The notes: generated by a model from the sequence alone, not told the origin. DNA of 32,000 nucleotides from Methylorubrum extorquens (GCA_900234795.1 LT962688.1:4950001-4982000), one strand, 5' to 3'. Counted from the first letter of the stretch, positions 7,995 to 16,684 are shown. Made by a program: numbers and translations.

Positions 7995-8271
7995 GGATTC
8001 AGGGTATCCGTCAGCATTTAAATAAAAGGTAACAGGATATCAGAAATCCGGGCCTTTGCCGGCGAAGATCGATGCGATCCTTCCGTCACCTGCGGTTGCA
8101 GGCCTGGAAGACGCGGACAGACCAGCCATGCGGGCTCACGCGGAGATTCAGCACTTTGCTGCATTGCGGTAAGCCGAAAGCCGCGCCAAATTGGCTCTGT
8201 CCGTGCCGGAGAGGGAGGCCGCGCGGGCACATCGCCGATCCGGTGCGCCGCAAGAGTTCTTCACCTCCCCG

Positions 8272-8914
8272 ATGTCCCTCTCAACCTTTTCCGACGATCG
8301 TCCCTCAGGCCGCCCCCTCGGCGCGATACGGGGCCGACCGAGTCTGCGCCGCCTCTGGCCGAGCGATGGGCCGGCGGTGCACGCCTTCTTCCTGCGCCTC
8401 GATCCAGAAACCCGCGCGAGTCGCTTCATGGCCGCGGTCGGTGACCGGACGGCCGCGGCCTATGCGGCGCAGGCGATGGTCGCGCCCGGCCTGATCGTCG
8501 GCGTCTTCGTGGATGGCACCTTGCGGGCGATCGGCGAATTGCGCCCGTTCGGCCCTGGGCAGGCGGAGGCCGCGCTCACGGTGGAGCGGGGGGTTTCGGC
8601 GGGCCGGACTCGGGTTGAAACTGCTGCGGCGTCTGGCCGAGGCCGCCCGCAATCGCGGTCTCGTCGAGCTTCGCCTGCGCTGCATGCCCCACAACGTCGC
8701 GATGCGGCGGCTGGTCGCGGGGCTCGGCGCCGAGCTGCGCCTGAGTGAGGGCGAGAGCGAGGGAGCGATCCGTCTCCCGCAGCCGACGCCGCTCTCCTTG
8801 TGGCGGGAGGGGATCGAGGCGGCCCTCGATTTCAACCTCGCCGTGGTGACCCTGCCGCGATCCCGGTCGCTACCCTTGCCGTGTCTGCCGCCGTTTCTCG
8901 CGCGTGCAGCCTGA
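8272..8914 (+). pseudogene. GNAT family N-acetyltransferase, reading frame broken by a +1 in a G6 run (8588-8593)
   Basis: Frame 1 (from the ATG at 8272) gives ...LRRLWPSDGPAVHAFFLRLDPETRASRF...AALTVERG. The GNAT core then continues in the +1 frame: FRRAGLGLKLLRRLAEAARNRGLVELRLRCMPHNVAMRRLV. Removing one G from gagcggggggttt joins them seamlessly. Confidence 0.7.
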
Positions 8915-8932
8915 ATCGCCCGCTCAGGCGGC

Positions 8933-9389
8933 TTCGTCCGGCCATGCGACGATGCGCTCGACCAATTCGTCCTCGGCGAATTCCTCCTCGTTGCCGGCAA
9001 CGCGCCCGCGCACGGAGATGCCGGCATCGTGGACGCTGGCCCGGCGGCCGGTCTTCAGCGGGTGCCACGCCGGCAGGTCGCGGCCCTCCCGCACGAGGCG
9101 GTAGGCGCAGGTCGGCGGCAGCCAGGGGGATCGTGCGCACCGCCTCCGGGGTCAGCTGCACGCAATCCGGCACGCGCTTGGCACGGTTGCGGTAGTCGCG
9201 GCAGCGGCAGGTATGGGTGTCGAGCAGCGTGCAGCCGACATCGGTGTGGTGGATCTCGCCGGTGTCGTCGTCCTCGAGCTTGAGCAGGCAGCAGCGGCCG
9301 CAGCCGTCGCACAGGCTCTCCCACTCCGCCGGGCTCATCGCTTCGAGCGTCTTCACGCGCCAGAACGGCCCTTCGCTGCGCTCGGCCAT
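8933..9389 (-). pseudogene. ycgN: YcgN-family (UPF0260) cysteine-cluster protein, frame broken by a +1 in a 5-nt run (plus-strand G5 at 9125-9129)
   Basis: The N-terminal part, [77 protein letters not shown], is a classic YcgN sequence. Deleting one C from ATCCCCCTGG restores [40 protein letters not shown]...VAWPDEAA* and gives a 151-aa product. Confidence 0.8.
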
Positions 9390-9642
9390 ATCAGGCGCCT
9401 CGCTCGCTTTCGATCGTATCGTTTCGGGACAAGGCGCCCCTCCTGCCGCATGCCGCCGCCGGGAGCAAGCGGGACCGGACGATCCGCCATCCGCCCGCCG
9501 GATTCGGCTGCCACAGGCGTCTTAAGGTTAATGCGCGGTAAGTGGTCCGCCGGGGGACGGTGGCCCGCCATTCGCGTTCCTTAACGGAAGCGAAAGCTCG
9601 CGGGCCGGCGCGTGTCCTGATACAGAACGTATCGGATAATCG

Positions 9643-11997
9643 TTGCCGGGGCTTTCTCTACGCCGACCCGGACAACGTCGAAAGAAACCGGAAGCCGCCT
9701 TGCGCCTGCCCCGCCTCAAGACGCTGACGACGCGGATCAGCCGCGCGGCCCTGGCCTTCGATGCCTGGGTCAATGCGAGCCTTTACGAGGGCGGCCATTC
9801 CACGACTGAAGCCTACGAGCGCTTCCAGGCGCGGATGCAGGTCTTCTCGGTCCGCGGCTGGAAGCGCTACGCCCTCGACCTCACCAGCGAGGGCGTCACC
9901 ATTGGGACGGCGGGCGCCCTGCTGCTGCTGTTCCTGGCTCAGCCCGCCTTCAACCTCACCAGCGACAACTGGCTGAAGGCCCAGGATCTCGCCGTCACCT
10001 TCCTCGACCGCTACGGTACCGAGGTCGGACGCCGCGGCATCAAGCACGACGACTCGCTGAAGTTCGACGACTTTCCCGAGCTGATGATCAAGGCGCTGCT
10101 CTCGACCGAGGACCGGCGCTTCTACGAGCATTGGGGCATCGATCCGATCGGCACCTCCCGCGCGCTCGTCTCGAATTCCTCCGGCAAGGGCAACGTGCAG
10201 GGCGGTTCCACCCTGACGCAGCAGCTCGCCAAGAACCTGTTCCTGACGAACGAGCGCTCGCTGGAGCGCAAGGTCAACGAGGCGTTCCTCGCCTTCTGGC
10301 TCGAAGCGCACCTGACCAAGAACCAGATTCTCAAGCTCTATCTCGACCGCGCCTATATGGGCGGCGGCACCTTCGGCGCGGTGGCGGCGGCGGATTACTA
10401 TTTCGGCAAGCGGCTGCAGGACATCACGTTGGCGGAAGCCGCGATGCTCGCCGGCCTATTCAAGGCGCCGACCAAGTACTCGCCCAACGTCAACCTGCCC
10501 GCCGCCCGCGGCCGGGCGGTGGACGTGCTGCACAACATGGTCGAGGCGGGCTTCGTCACCGAGGGCCAGATCCAGACGGCGTTGCGCAACCCCGCGACCC
10601 CGGTGACCCGCACCAAGGACATCACCGCCGACTACTACCTCGACTGGGCCTTCAACGAGGTGAAGCGGATGGCCGATGCGGGCAAGCTCCGCAACGACCG
10701 CGTGCTCACGGTGAAGACGCCCCTCGACCTCTCGATCCAGCGCTCCGCCGACCAGGCGGTCGAGAACATGCTGCGGCGGCTGGGCGACCAGTACGACGTG
10801 GACGAGGCCGGCGTGGTGATCCTCGATCCCGACGGGGCGCTGCGTGCCATGGTCGGCGGTGCCGATTACGGCGAGAGCCAATTCAACCGCGCCACCGATG
10901 CGCTGCGCCAGCCGGGCTCCTCGTTCAAGCCCTACGTCTACGCCGCGGCGCTCGCCTCGGGCCTGTTCAAGCCGGACACGCAGGTGGTGGATTCGCCGGT
11001 CTGCGTCGGCAACTGGTGCCCGCAGAACTATGGCCGCTCCTATTCCGGGCGCCAGCCGATGTGGCTCGCGGTGGCCAAATCGGTCAACACGATCCCGATC
11101 AAGGTCACCACGGCCATCGGCAAGGGGCTCGGCATCACCCACGACTGGAAGGCGGCGAAGGCCGGCCGCGAGAAGATCATCCAGCTCGCGAAAGCGATGG
11201 GCGTAACGACGCCGCTGACCGACACACCCTCGCTGCCGATCGGCGCCACGGAGGTGACGGTGATGGATCAGGCGGCCGGCTTTGCCGTGTTCGCCAACGG
11301 GGGCAAGGTCGCCAAGCCCTACGTCGCCAGCGAGGTGCGCAATTCCAGCGGCGAGGTGATCTACCGCCACGCCGACGAGAAGCCGGTGCAGGTGCTCTCG
11401 TCCCAAGTCACGGCCGACATGAACTACATGCTCAACAAGGTCGTCGAGGAAGGCACCGCGCGAAAGGCCCAGATCGAGGGCGTGAAGGTCGCGGGCAAGA
11501 CCGGCACGACCAACGGCTACCGCGATGCGTGGTTCGTCGGCTACACCGGCAACTATGTCGGCGCCGTCTGGTACGGTAACGACGACCACAGCCCGACCAA
11601 CAAGATGACCGGCGGTTCGCTCCCCGCGATGACGTGGCACGAGATCATGGCCCCTGCCCATCAGGGCATCGAATTGAAGCCGATGCCCGGCCTGAACGAC
11701 CGCCGGAGCGCGCCGCAGGCTGCCCAGGCGCAGGCCGACGGCGCGGCGGCCGCCGCCAGCACCGGCGGCCGGCTCTCGCGCCGTTCCTTCGAGGTGCTGT
11801 CGGGCCTCAACGGCCTGTTCCGCAACGTCGAGACCAACCGCTCCGCCGCCAAAAGCGAACCCGTCAAGAGCGAGCCCGGCAAGAGCGATCCGGCGCGCTC
11901 GGGCGCCGTCGCCCCCGATCGGATGCGGGCGCCCGGCCTCGTGCCCGTCGATGTCGCCGAGGGCGCGCGCGCCTCCGGCGGCTTCGGGACGCCCTGA
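9643..11997 (+). CDS. Class A penicillin-binding protein (glycosyltransferase + transpeptidase)
   Basis: GT51 motifs are present: EDRRFYEHWGIDP, GGSTLTQQLAKN, RKVNEAFLAFWLE. Transpeptidase motifs are present: SSFKP (SxxK), KSVN (SxN), KTGTT. The start is uncertain: TTG at 9643 per the ORF track, or TTG at 9700 preceded by GGAAG. Confidence 0.9.
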   Translation: MPGLSLRRPGQRRKKPEAALRLPRLKTLTTRISRAALAFDAWVNASLYEGGHSTTEAYERFQARMQVFSVRGWKRYALDLTSEGVTIGTAGALLLLFLAQPAFNLTSDNWLKAQDLAVTFLDRYGTEVGRRGIKHDDSLKFDDFPELMIKALLSTEDRRFYEHWGIDPIGTSRALVSNSSGKGNVQGGSTLTQQLAKNLFLTNERSLERKVNEAFLAFWLEAHLTKNQILKLYLDRAYMGGGTFGAVAAADYYFGKRLQDITLAEAAMLAGLFKAPTKYSPNVNLPAARGRAVDVLHNMVEAGFVTEGQIQTALRNPATPVTRTKDITADYYLDWAFNEVKRMADAGKLRNDRVLTVKTPLDLSIQRSADQAVENMLRRLGDQYDVDEAGVVILDPDGALRAMVGGADYGESQFNRATDALRQPGSSFKPYVYAAALASGLFKPDTQVVDSPVCVGNWCPQNYGRSYSGRQPMWLAVAKSVNTIPIKVTTAIGKGLGITHDWKAAKAGREKIIQLAKAMGVTTPLTDTPSLPIGATEVTVMDQAAGFAVFANGGKVAKPYVASEVRNSSGEVIYRHADEKPVQVLSSQVTADMNYMLNKVVEEGTARKAQIEGVKVAGKTGTTNGYRDAWFVGYTGNYVGAVWYGNDDHSPTNKMTGGSLPAMTWHEIMAPAHQGIELKPMPGLNDRRSAPQAAQAQADGAAAAASTGGRLSRRSFEVLSGLNGLFRNVETNRSAAKSEPVKSEPGKSDPARSGAVAPDRMRAPGLVPVDVAEGARASGGFGTP

Positions 11998-12007
11998 GGC
12001 CGACCCC

Positions 12008-12739
12008 ATGGCCCTGTCGAGTGGAGTCGGCCCGGCGGCCGGAACATCTCTGCGTGAGGATGCCGGCGCCGAGCCGTCCGGGCGCCTGCCCACGCGGCGG
12101 CACAAGCGGCTACCCAAGCACCTAGGCCGCCTCGCGCGGGGCGCCGCCTCGCGCAGCTCGCGCGTCGGGCTGTTCGTCTACGCGCTCACCCTCGGCGGGC
12201 TCCTCGGCCTCGCCAGTGCCGATTACGCCACCAGCGGCGGCTACCCCTTCGGCGGGACAGCAATCGGAAGCTGGACGGCGTGGCCGCGGGCGGGCTCACT
12301 CGATTCCGACCCCTATGCCCGCGCCGTCAACGCCCGGCGCAGCGACATTCCCCTCGCGGTCGGGGAGGGCATGCTGCTGACCGCCGCCAGCGACGACGAC
12401 GGGCGGACGCTGGACGCCGCCTGCAGCTATCGCCTTGCGGGCGTGACGCCACCGGCCCGCGCCTGGACCCTCACCGTGACCGGCCGTGGCGCGCTGGCGC
12501 CGGGTCAGGAGCCGGTTCGGACGGGCTTTACCTCGACCGAGATCCTGCGCGAGACCGATGGCCGCTTCGCGATCCTGCTGAGCCCCGAGGTCCAGCCCGG
12601 CAACTGGCTGCCGATGCCGCGGCCGAGGGGGCCCGTGCGACTGGCGCTGCGCCTCTACGACACGCCGGTGGCCGCGAGCGTCGGCTCGCTCGACCGGGAT
12701 ACCCTGCCGGTGATCGAGCGCACGGGGTGCGGGTCATGA
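12008..12739 (+). CDS. Membrane-anchored conserved hypothetical protein (possibly DUF1214-like)
   Basis: An ATG at 12008 lies 11 nt after the PBP stop. It has a single TM segment (VGLFVYALTLGGLLGLA) followed by a ...DPYARAV... domain. The family assignment is from memory only. Its stop overlaps the next start (ATGA at 12736-12739). Confidence 0.6.
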   Translation: MALSSGVGPAAGTSLREDAGAEPSGRLPTRRHKRLPKHLGRLARGAASRSSRVGLFVYALTLGGLLGLASADYATSGGYPFGGTAIGSWTAWPRAGSLDSDPYARAVNARRSDIPLAVGEGMLLTAASDDDGRTLDAACSYRLAGVTPPARAWTLTVTGRGALAPGQEPVRTGFTSTEILRETDGRFAILLSPEVQPGNWLPMPRPRGPVRLALRLYDTPVAASVGSLDRDTLPVIERTGCGS

Positions 12740-13341
12740 GCCGCAGCGCGTTCTGGCTCGCCACCGCCTGCGGCCTCGTCATCGCCGGCATCGTCCACAT
12801 CGCCACGGTGCTGGCGATCCCGCGCTTCTCGGAGGGCGACGCCTTCACCCGCGCGAGGGCGAGCGAAACCCTCGACCACCCCCTGCGCATCCACGGCCTC
12901 GCGGGCGCGCCCGCGGCGAACGGCGAATGGCTGCCCAATCCCGATCCGGCGGTCTCGGTCGGCGTGTGTTCCTACGACCTCGACGACGGGCCGATGCGGG
13001 TCTCGGCCCAGGCCGGCTCGCTGATGCTGTCGGTTTCGATGCATAGCCGCCGGGGTGCCTTCTACGCGGTGACCGATCAGGCGGCGGTGCGCGGCGGGCT
13101 CGATCTCGTGGTGATGACCCGCGCCCAGTTCGACGAGGCGCTGGCCAACGACGTGGCCGGCGAGGTGACGCGCGACGTGCGCATCGTCGCCCCCGCCCGG
13201 CGCGGCTTCGCGGTGGTCCGCGTGATCGCCGCGCTGCCGAGCGAGCGCGCGGTTGCCGACGCGGCGGTGCAGGCAGTGTCCTGCACCATCGACAGCCCGG
13301 CCGAGCCAACGGGAGAGGAGCCGGGGAAGGGCAAGAGCTAA
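12736..13341 (+). CDS. Membrane-anchored conserved hypothetical protein (possibly DUF1254-like), coupled to the upstream gene
   Basis: MSRSAFWLATACGLVIAGIVHIATVLAIPRF is an N-terminal TM segment followed by a soluble domain. There is an ATGA overlap with the upstream gene. The N-terminal 152 codons of ORF 12280..13341 are rejected. Confidence 0.6.
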   Translation: MSRSAFWLATACGLVIAGIVHIATVLAIPRFSEGDAFTRARASETLDHPLRIHGLAGAPAANGEWLPNPDPAVSVGVCSYDLDDGPMRVSAQAGSLMLSVSMHSRRGAFYAVTDQAAVRGGLDLVVMTRAQFDEALANDVAGEVTRDVRIVAPARRGFAVVRVIAALPSERAVADAAVQAVSCTIDSPAEPTGEEPGKGKS

Positions 13342-13886
13342 GGCCAGAACTGAAGAGGCAGGGGCTGAACGCCTCCGCTCCGCTGCCCCGAGAGCCGGTG
13401 CCGTCTTGGCCATCCACAGCGATTGCAGGAGCGTAGGGCCGATCACCCGAGGGATCGTCGCCCCTGTCTGCCGGTTCACCCGAGCCCGCTTCGGCCCTCG
13501 GACGGGCGGGCCGTTCTTCGAGGAACGCGCGGATTATTTCCGCCGCAGCGGCTTTCGGGCGCGCCGCGTCCATGCGGGTGACCGTGAAAGCCATGCGCGT
13601 GGTTCGATTGTACCCACGACGATTTTTCTTTAGGGTCCGAGTCTTAGGTCTGTCGCAGGGATTCCACCGCGCGGCTGCCATTGGCCGGGACGCGGATCGC
13701 GCGAGAGCGCAGGGGCCCAAGGGGCTGCTGCCTTTTCACGCAGGCCTCTCATCCGATGGCGGCGGCGGATCGCGGGGCGGCCCAATGATTCGCGGAGGCG
13801 GCTCGCCGTCCCCATATCCGTCGGTGCCGAACCCGTCTGCGGGTCGCAAACGCCAGTGCGCCGTGGGCGCACCGAGGAAGAGTGTC

Positions 13887-14372
13887 ATGAGTCAAACGGG
13901 CCGCGATGACCCGCAATCCCTGGACAGCCAACTTTGCTTTGCCGTCTACGCGGCGGCACATGCCTTCGGTCGCGCCTATCGCAGCCTCTTGGCCCATCAC
14001 GAGCTGACCTACCCACAATATCTCGTGCTGCTGGTGCTGTGGGAGGAGGAGGGGCTCTCGGTCAAGGAGATCGGCAGCCGCCTTTTCCTCGATTCCGGCA
14101 CGCTGACGCCGCTTCTCAAGCGCCTGGAGGCCTCGGGCCATGTCCGCCGCGCCCGCGACCGGCCGGACGAGCGCCAGGTCAGCATCTTCCTCACGGACAA
14201 GGGGCGTGGGCTCAAGGGCAAGATGGATTGCCTGCCGCACACGGTGGGCGGCATGACCGGGATGACCCTCGACGAGCGGCGCGCGCTCCTCGACAATCTC
14301 GCTTCCATGCGCGACGAGCTGCATGCCCGTGCCGGCAGCACCGAATTGCCGGCGGCGAACGCGTCTCGCTGA
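13887..14372 (+). CDS. ohrR: MarR-family organic hydroperoxide resistance regulator OhrR
   Basis: [16 protein letters not shown] (sensing Cys) ...[45 protein letters not shown]...[13 protein letters not shown] closely matches my recollection of OhrR proteins. A second Cys (MDCLPH) suggests the two-Cys type. The start is the ATG at 13887. Confidence 0.8.
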   Translation: MSQTGRDDPQSLDSQLCFAVYAAAHAFGRAYRSLLAHHELTYPQYLVLLVLWEEEGLSVKEIGSRLFLDSGTLTPLLKRLEASGHVRRARDRPDERQVSIFLTDKGRGLKGKMDCLPHTVGGMTGMTLDERRALLDNLASMRDELHARAGSTELPAANASR

Positions 14373-14407
14373 CGCACCCGCCGGTCACTCAGGGATTTGA
14401 AACGAAG

Positions 14408-14431
14408 AAAGCCGCCCCGAGGGGCGGCTTT
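14408..14431. terminator. Bidirectional intrinsic terminator between convergent ohrR and the cytochrome c gene
   Basis: aaagccgcccc-ga-ggggcggcttt is a perfect 10-bp stem. It is followed by cctgtttgtt on the plus strand and cttcgtttc on the minus strand. Confidence 0.65.
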
Positions 14432-14467
14432 CCTGTTTGTTCCGATCGACTTCCGGAGGGCGGAGCC

Positions 14468-14830
14468 TCAGGACTTCGTCTTGAGGTAGGCGATGATGTC
14501 GTCGACCTTCTTCGGGTCCTTGATGCCGGGGAAGACCATCTTGGTGCCGGGCACCTTCTTCTTCGGGTCGGCGAGCCACTCCTTGAGGTTGGCTTCGTCC
14601 CAGGTGAGGCCGGACTTCTTCAGCGCGTCGGAGAAGGCGTAGCCGTCGGCACCCTCACCGGCCTTCGCGCCGACGACACCCTTCAGGGTCGGGCCGACGC
14701 CGTTCTTCTCGAAATTGTGGCAGGCCTTGCAGGGCGCGAACGCCTTCTCGCCGGCGGCGGCATCGCCCTCGGCATGGGCGGCGACAGGCAGCAGCAGCGC
14801 GAGGGCGGCGCCGAGGATGAGATGACGCAT
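14468..14830 (-). CDS. Class I soluble cytochrome c (c2/c550-like), periplasmic
   Basis: It has a signal peptide (LILGAALALLLPVAAHA), a CKACH haem-binding motif, and a distal Met context (GTKMVFPG). The length, 120 aa, is typical. Confidence 0.85.
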   Translation of the reverse strand: MRHLILGAALALLLPVAAHAEGDAAAGEKAFAPCKACHNFEKNGVGPTLKGVVGAKAGEGADGYAFSDALKKSGLTWDEANLKEWLADPKKKVPGTKMVFPGIKDPKKVDDIIAYLKTKS

Positions 14831-15145
14831 CGTTGTTTTCCTCCTTGAACGGCCGAAGCCGGCCTGCTTATGGCAGAGCTTTTAGCCTTAGAACAGATAT
14901 AGACTATGCCGGGCACGCGTCCAGCCGAGGTGACTTCACGAAGACGCTTCTGGTCCTTTCGGTGGCTGCATGGGTCGGCGGGAACCGCCGTGCGTCCCGG
15001 GAGACTTTCCGTTAGAATGCGCGTCCGACGTCGTCCGGGCTGAACCTGAACTGCGGCGGCTGAAGCGGGGCTGAAGGCCCTGCACGCCGCTGTGGATCGC
15101 CGGAACGAAGACGTAAAAAACAAATCTCTGGAGGAGATGCCGGCC

Positions 15146-16579
15146 ATGTCGATCGCCTTCCCCGCGCCGGATGCGGATGTCGTCGCCCGCCGCGAGGCGA
15201 TCATCGAGGGGCTGTCCGCGCTGGTGGCACCGGAGTCTCTGGTGACGACGGAGGACGAGCGCCGCGCCTTCGAGACCGACGGGCTCACCGCCTACCGCAA
15301 GATGCCGCTCGCCGTGGTGCTGCCCTCCACGACCCGCGAGGTCTCGGCGGTGATGGCCTTCTGCCACGCCAACGGCGTGCGGGTGGTGCCGCGCGGCGCC
15401 GGCACGTCGCTGGCCGGCGGTGCCATCGCCCAGGAGGATGCGATCATCCTCGGGGTGGGCAAGATGACGCGCATCCTCGATCTCGATTTCGCCAATCGTA
15501 TCGCTCGGGTCGAGGCCGGCATCACCAACCTCGCGATCTCCGGGGCGGTGGCGCATGAGGGCTTCTTCTACGCGCCGGACCCGTCGAGCCAGCTCGCCTG
15601 CACCATCGCCGGCAACATCGCCATGAATTCCGGCGGCGCGCATTGCCTGAAATACGGCGTGACCACCAACAACCTCATGGGCGTGACGCTCGTGACCAAC
15701 GACGGCACCGTGGTCGAGCTCGGCGGCGAACATCTCGATTCCGGCGGCTACGACCTGCTCGGGCTGATCTGCGGCTCGGAAGGCCAGCTCGGCATCGTCA
15801 CCGAGGCCACCGTGCGCATTCTGCGCGCCGCGGAAGGCGCGCGCCCGGCCCTGGTCGGCTTCTCCTCGGTCGAGGATGCCGGCGCCTGCACAGCGGCGAT
15901 CATCGCGGCGGGCATCATCCCGGTCGCCATCGAGTACATGGACCGCGAGGCGATCCTGATCACCGACGATTTCGCCAAGGCCGGCTACCCGCGCGACGCC
16001 GCCGCGATGCTGATCATCGAGGTCGAGGGCTCTGACGAGGAATGCTCGGACATGCTGGCGCGCATCGAGGCGATCGCCGCAGGGTTCAACCCGACCAGCA
16101 TCCGCGTCTCGAAGTCGGAAGCCGAATCCGCCGCGATCTGGAAGGGCCGGAAATCCGCCTTCGGCGCCACCGGGCGCATCTCCGACTATATCTGCATGGA
16201 CGGCACGATCCCAACCGGCCAGCTCGGCTACGTGCTGGAACGGATCGAGGCGATCTGCGCCGAGCAGGGGCTTCGCGTCGCCAACGTGTTCCATGCCGGC
16301 GACGGCAACCTGCACCCGCTGATCCTGTTCGACATCAACAAGCCCGGCGAGTTGCAGAAGGCCGAGGCCGCGGGTGACGCGATCCTCAAGCTCTGCGTCG
16401 AGGTCGGCGGCTGCCTCACCGGCGAGCACGGCGTCGGGATCGAGAAGCGCGAGCTGATGCGCTTCCAGTACACGCAGGACGACCTCGAACAGCAGATGCG
16501 CGTGCGCAACGTGTTCGATCCGGCCTGGCTGATGAACCCGGCCAAGGTGTTCCCGCTCGAGGGCCGGATCGCGGCCTGA
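15146..16579 (+). CDS. glcD: FAD-linked oxidase, glycolate oxidase subunit GlcD-like
   Basis: The FAD-binding PCMH domain is present (VVLPSTTREVSAVMAFCHANGVRVVPRGAGTSLAGG), along with NIAMNSGGAHCLKYGVT and a C-terminal GEHGVGIEKRELM. I prefer the ATG at 15146 (GGAGGAG 9 nt upstream) over the ORF-track start at 15092. Confidence 0.85.
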   Translation: MSIAFPAPDADVVARREAIIEGLSALVAPESLVTTEDERRAFETDGLTAYRKMPLAVVLPSTTREVSAVMAFCHANGVRVVPRGAGTSLAGGAIAQEDAIILGVGKMTRILDLDFANRIARVEAGITNLAISGAVAHEGFFYAPDPSSQLACTIAGNIAMNSGGAHCLKYGVTTNNLMGVTLVTNDGTVVELGGEHLDSGGYDLLGLICGSEGQLGIVTEATVRILRAAEGARPALVGFSSVEDAGACTAAIIAAGIIPVAIEYMDREAILITDDFAKAGYPRDAAAMLIIEVEGSDEECSDMLARIEAIAAGFNPTSIRVSKSEAESAAIWKGRKSAFGATGRISDYICMDGTIPTGQLGYVLERIEAICAEQGLRVANVFHAGDGNLHPLILFDINKPGELQKAEAAGDAILKLCVEVGGCLTGEHGVGIEKRELMRFQYTQDDLEQQMRVRNVFDPAWLMNPAKVFPLEGRIAA

Positions 16580-16684
16580 CCGGCCCGCGGAACGGATGCG
16601 GTCGCGGCCGGTTGGCGTCTCACCCGCTTCGCATCGGCCTGCGCCCATCGCGCCGGGACGATGCGCCAACCAGAGGCTCACGTG

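Noticed and set aside
7995-8271. Search for a flp/pilA prepilin gene upstream of the TadE-like operon
   Set aside because: There is no small ORF with a Flp-type G/XXXXEY processing motif or a hydrophobic helix on either strand. The only ORF (8018..8230, minus strand) is non-coding-like.
10131-12117. 482-aa (+) and 553-aa (-) ORFs within the PBP gene
   Set aside because: They are alternate-frame or antisense to a class A PBP that has all its catalytic motifs intact, and they have no motifs of their own.
13595-13620. tRNA-like T-arm (gtGGTTCGATTgtacc)
   Set aside because: The flanking bases form only a 5-bp stem with an 11-nt loop. There is no acceptor, D or anticodon arm, so this is not a tRNA.
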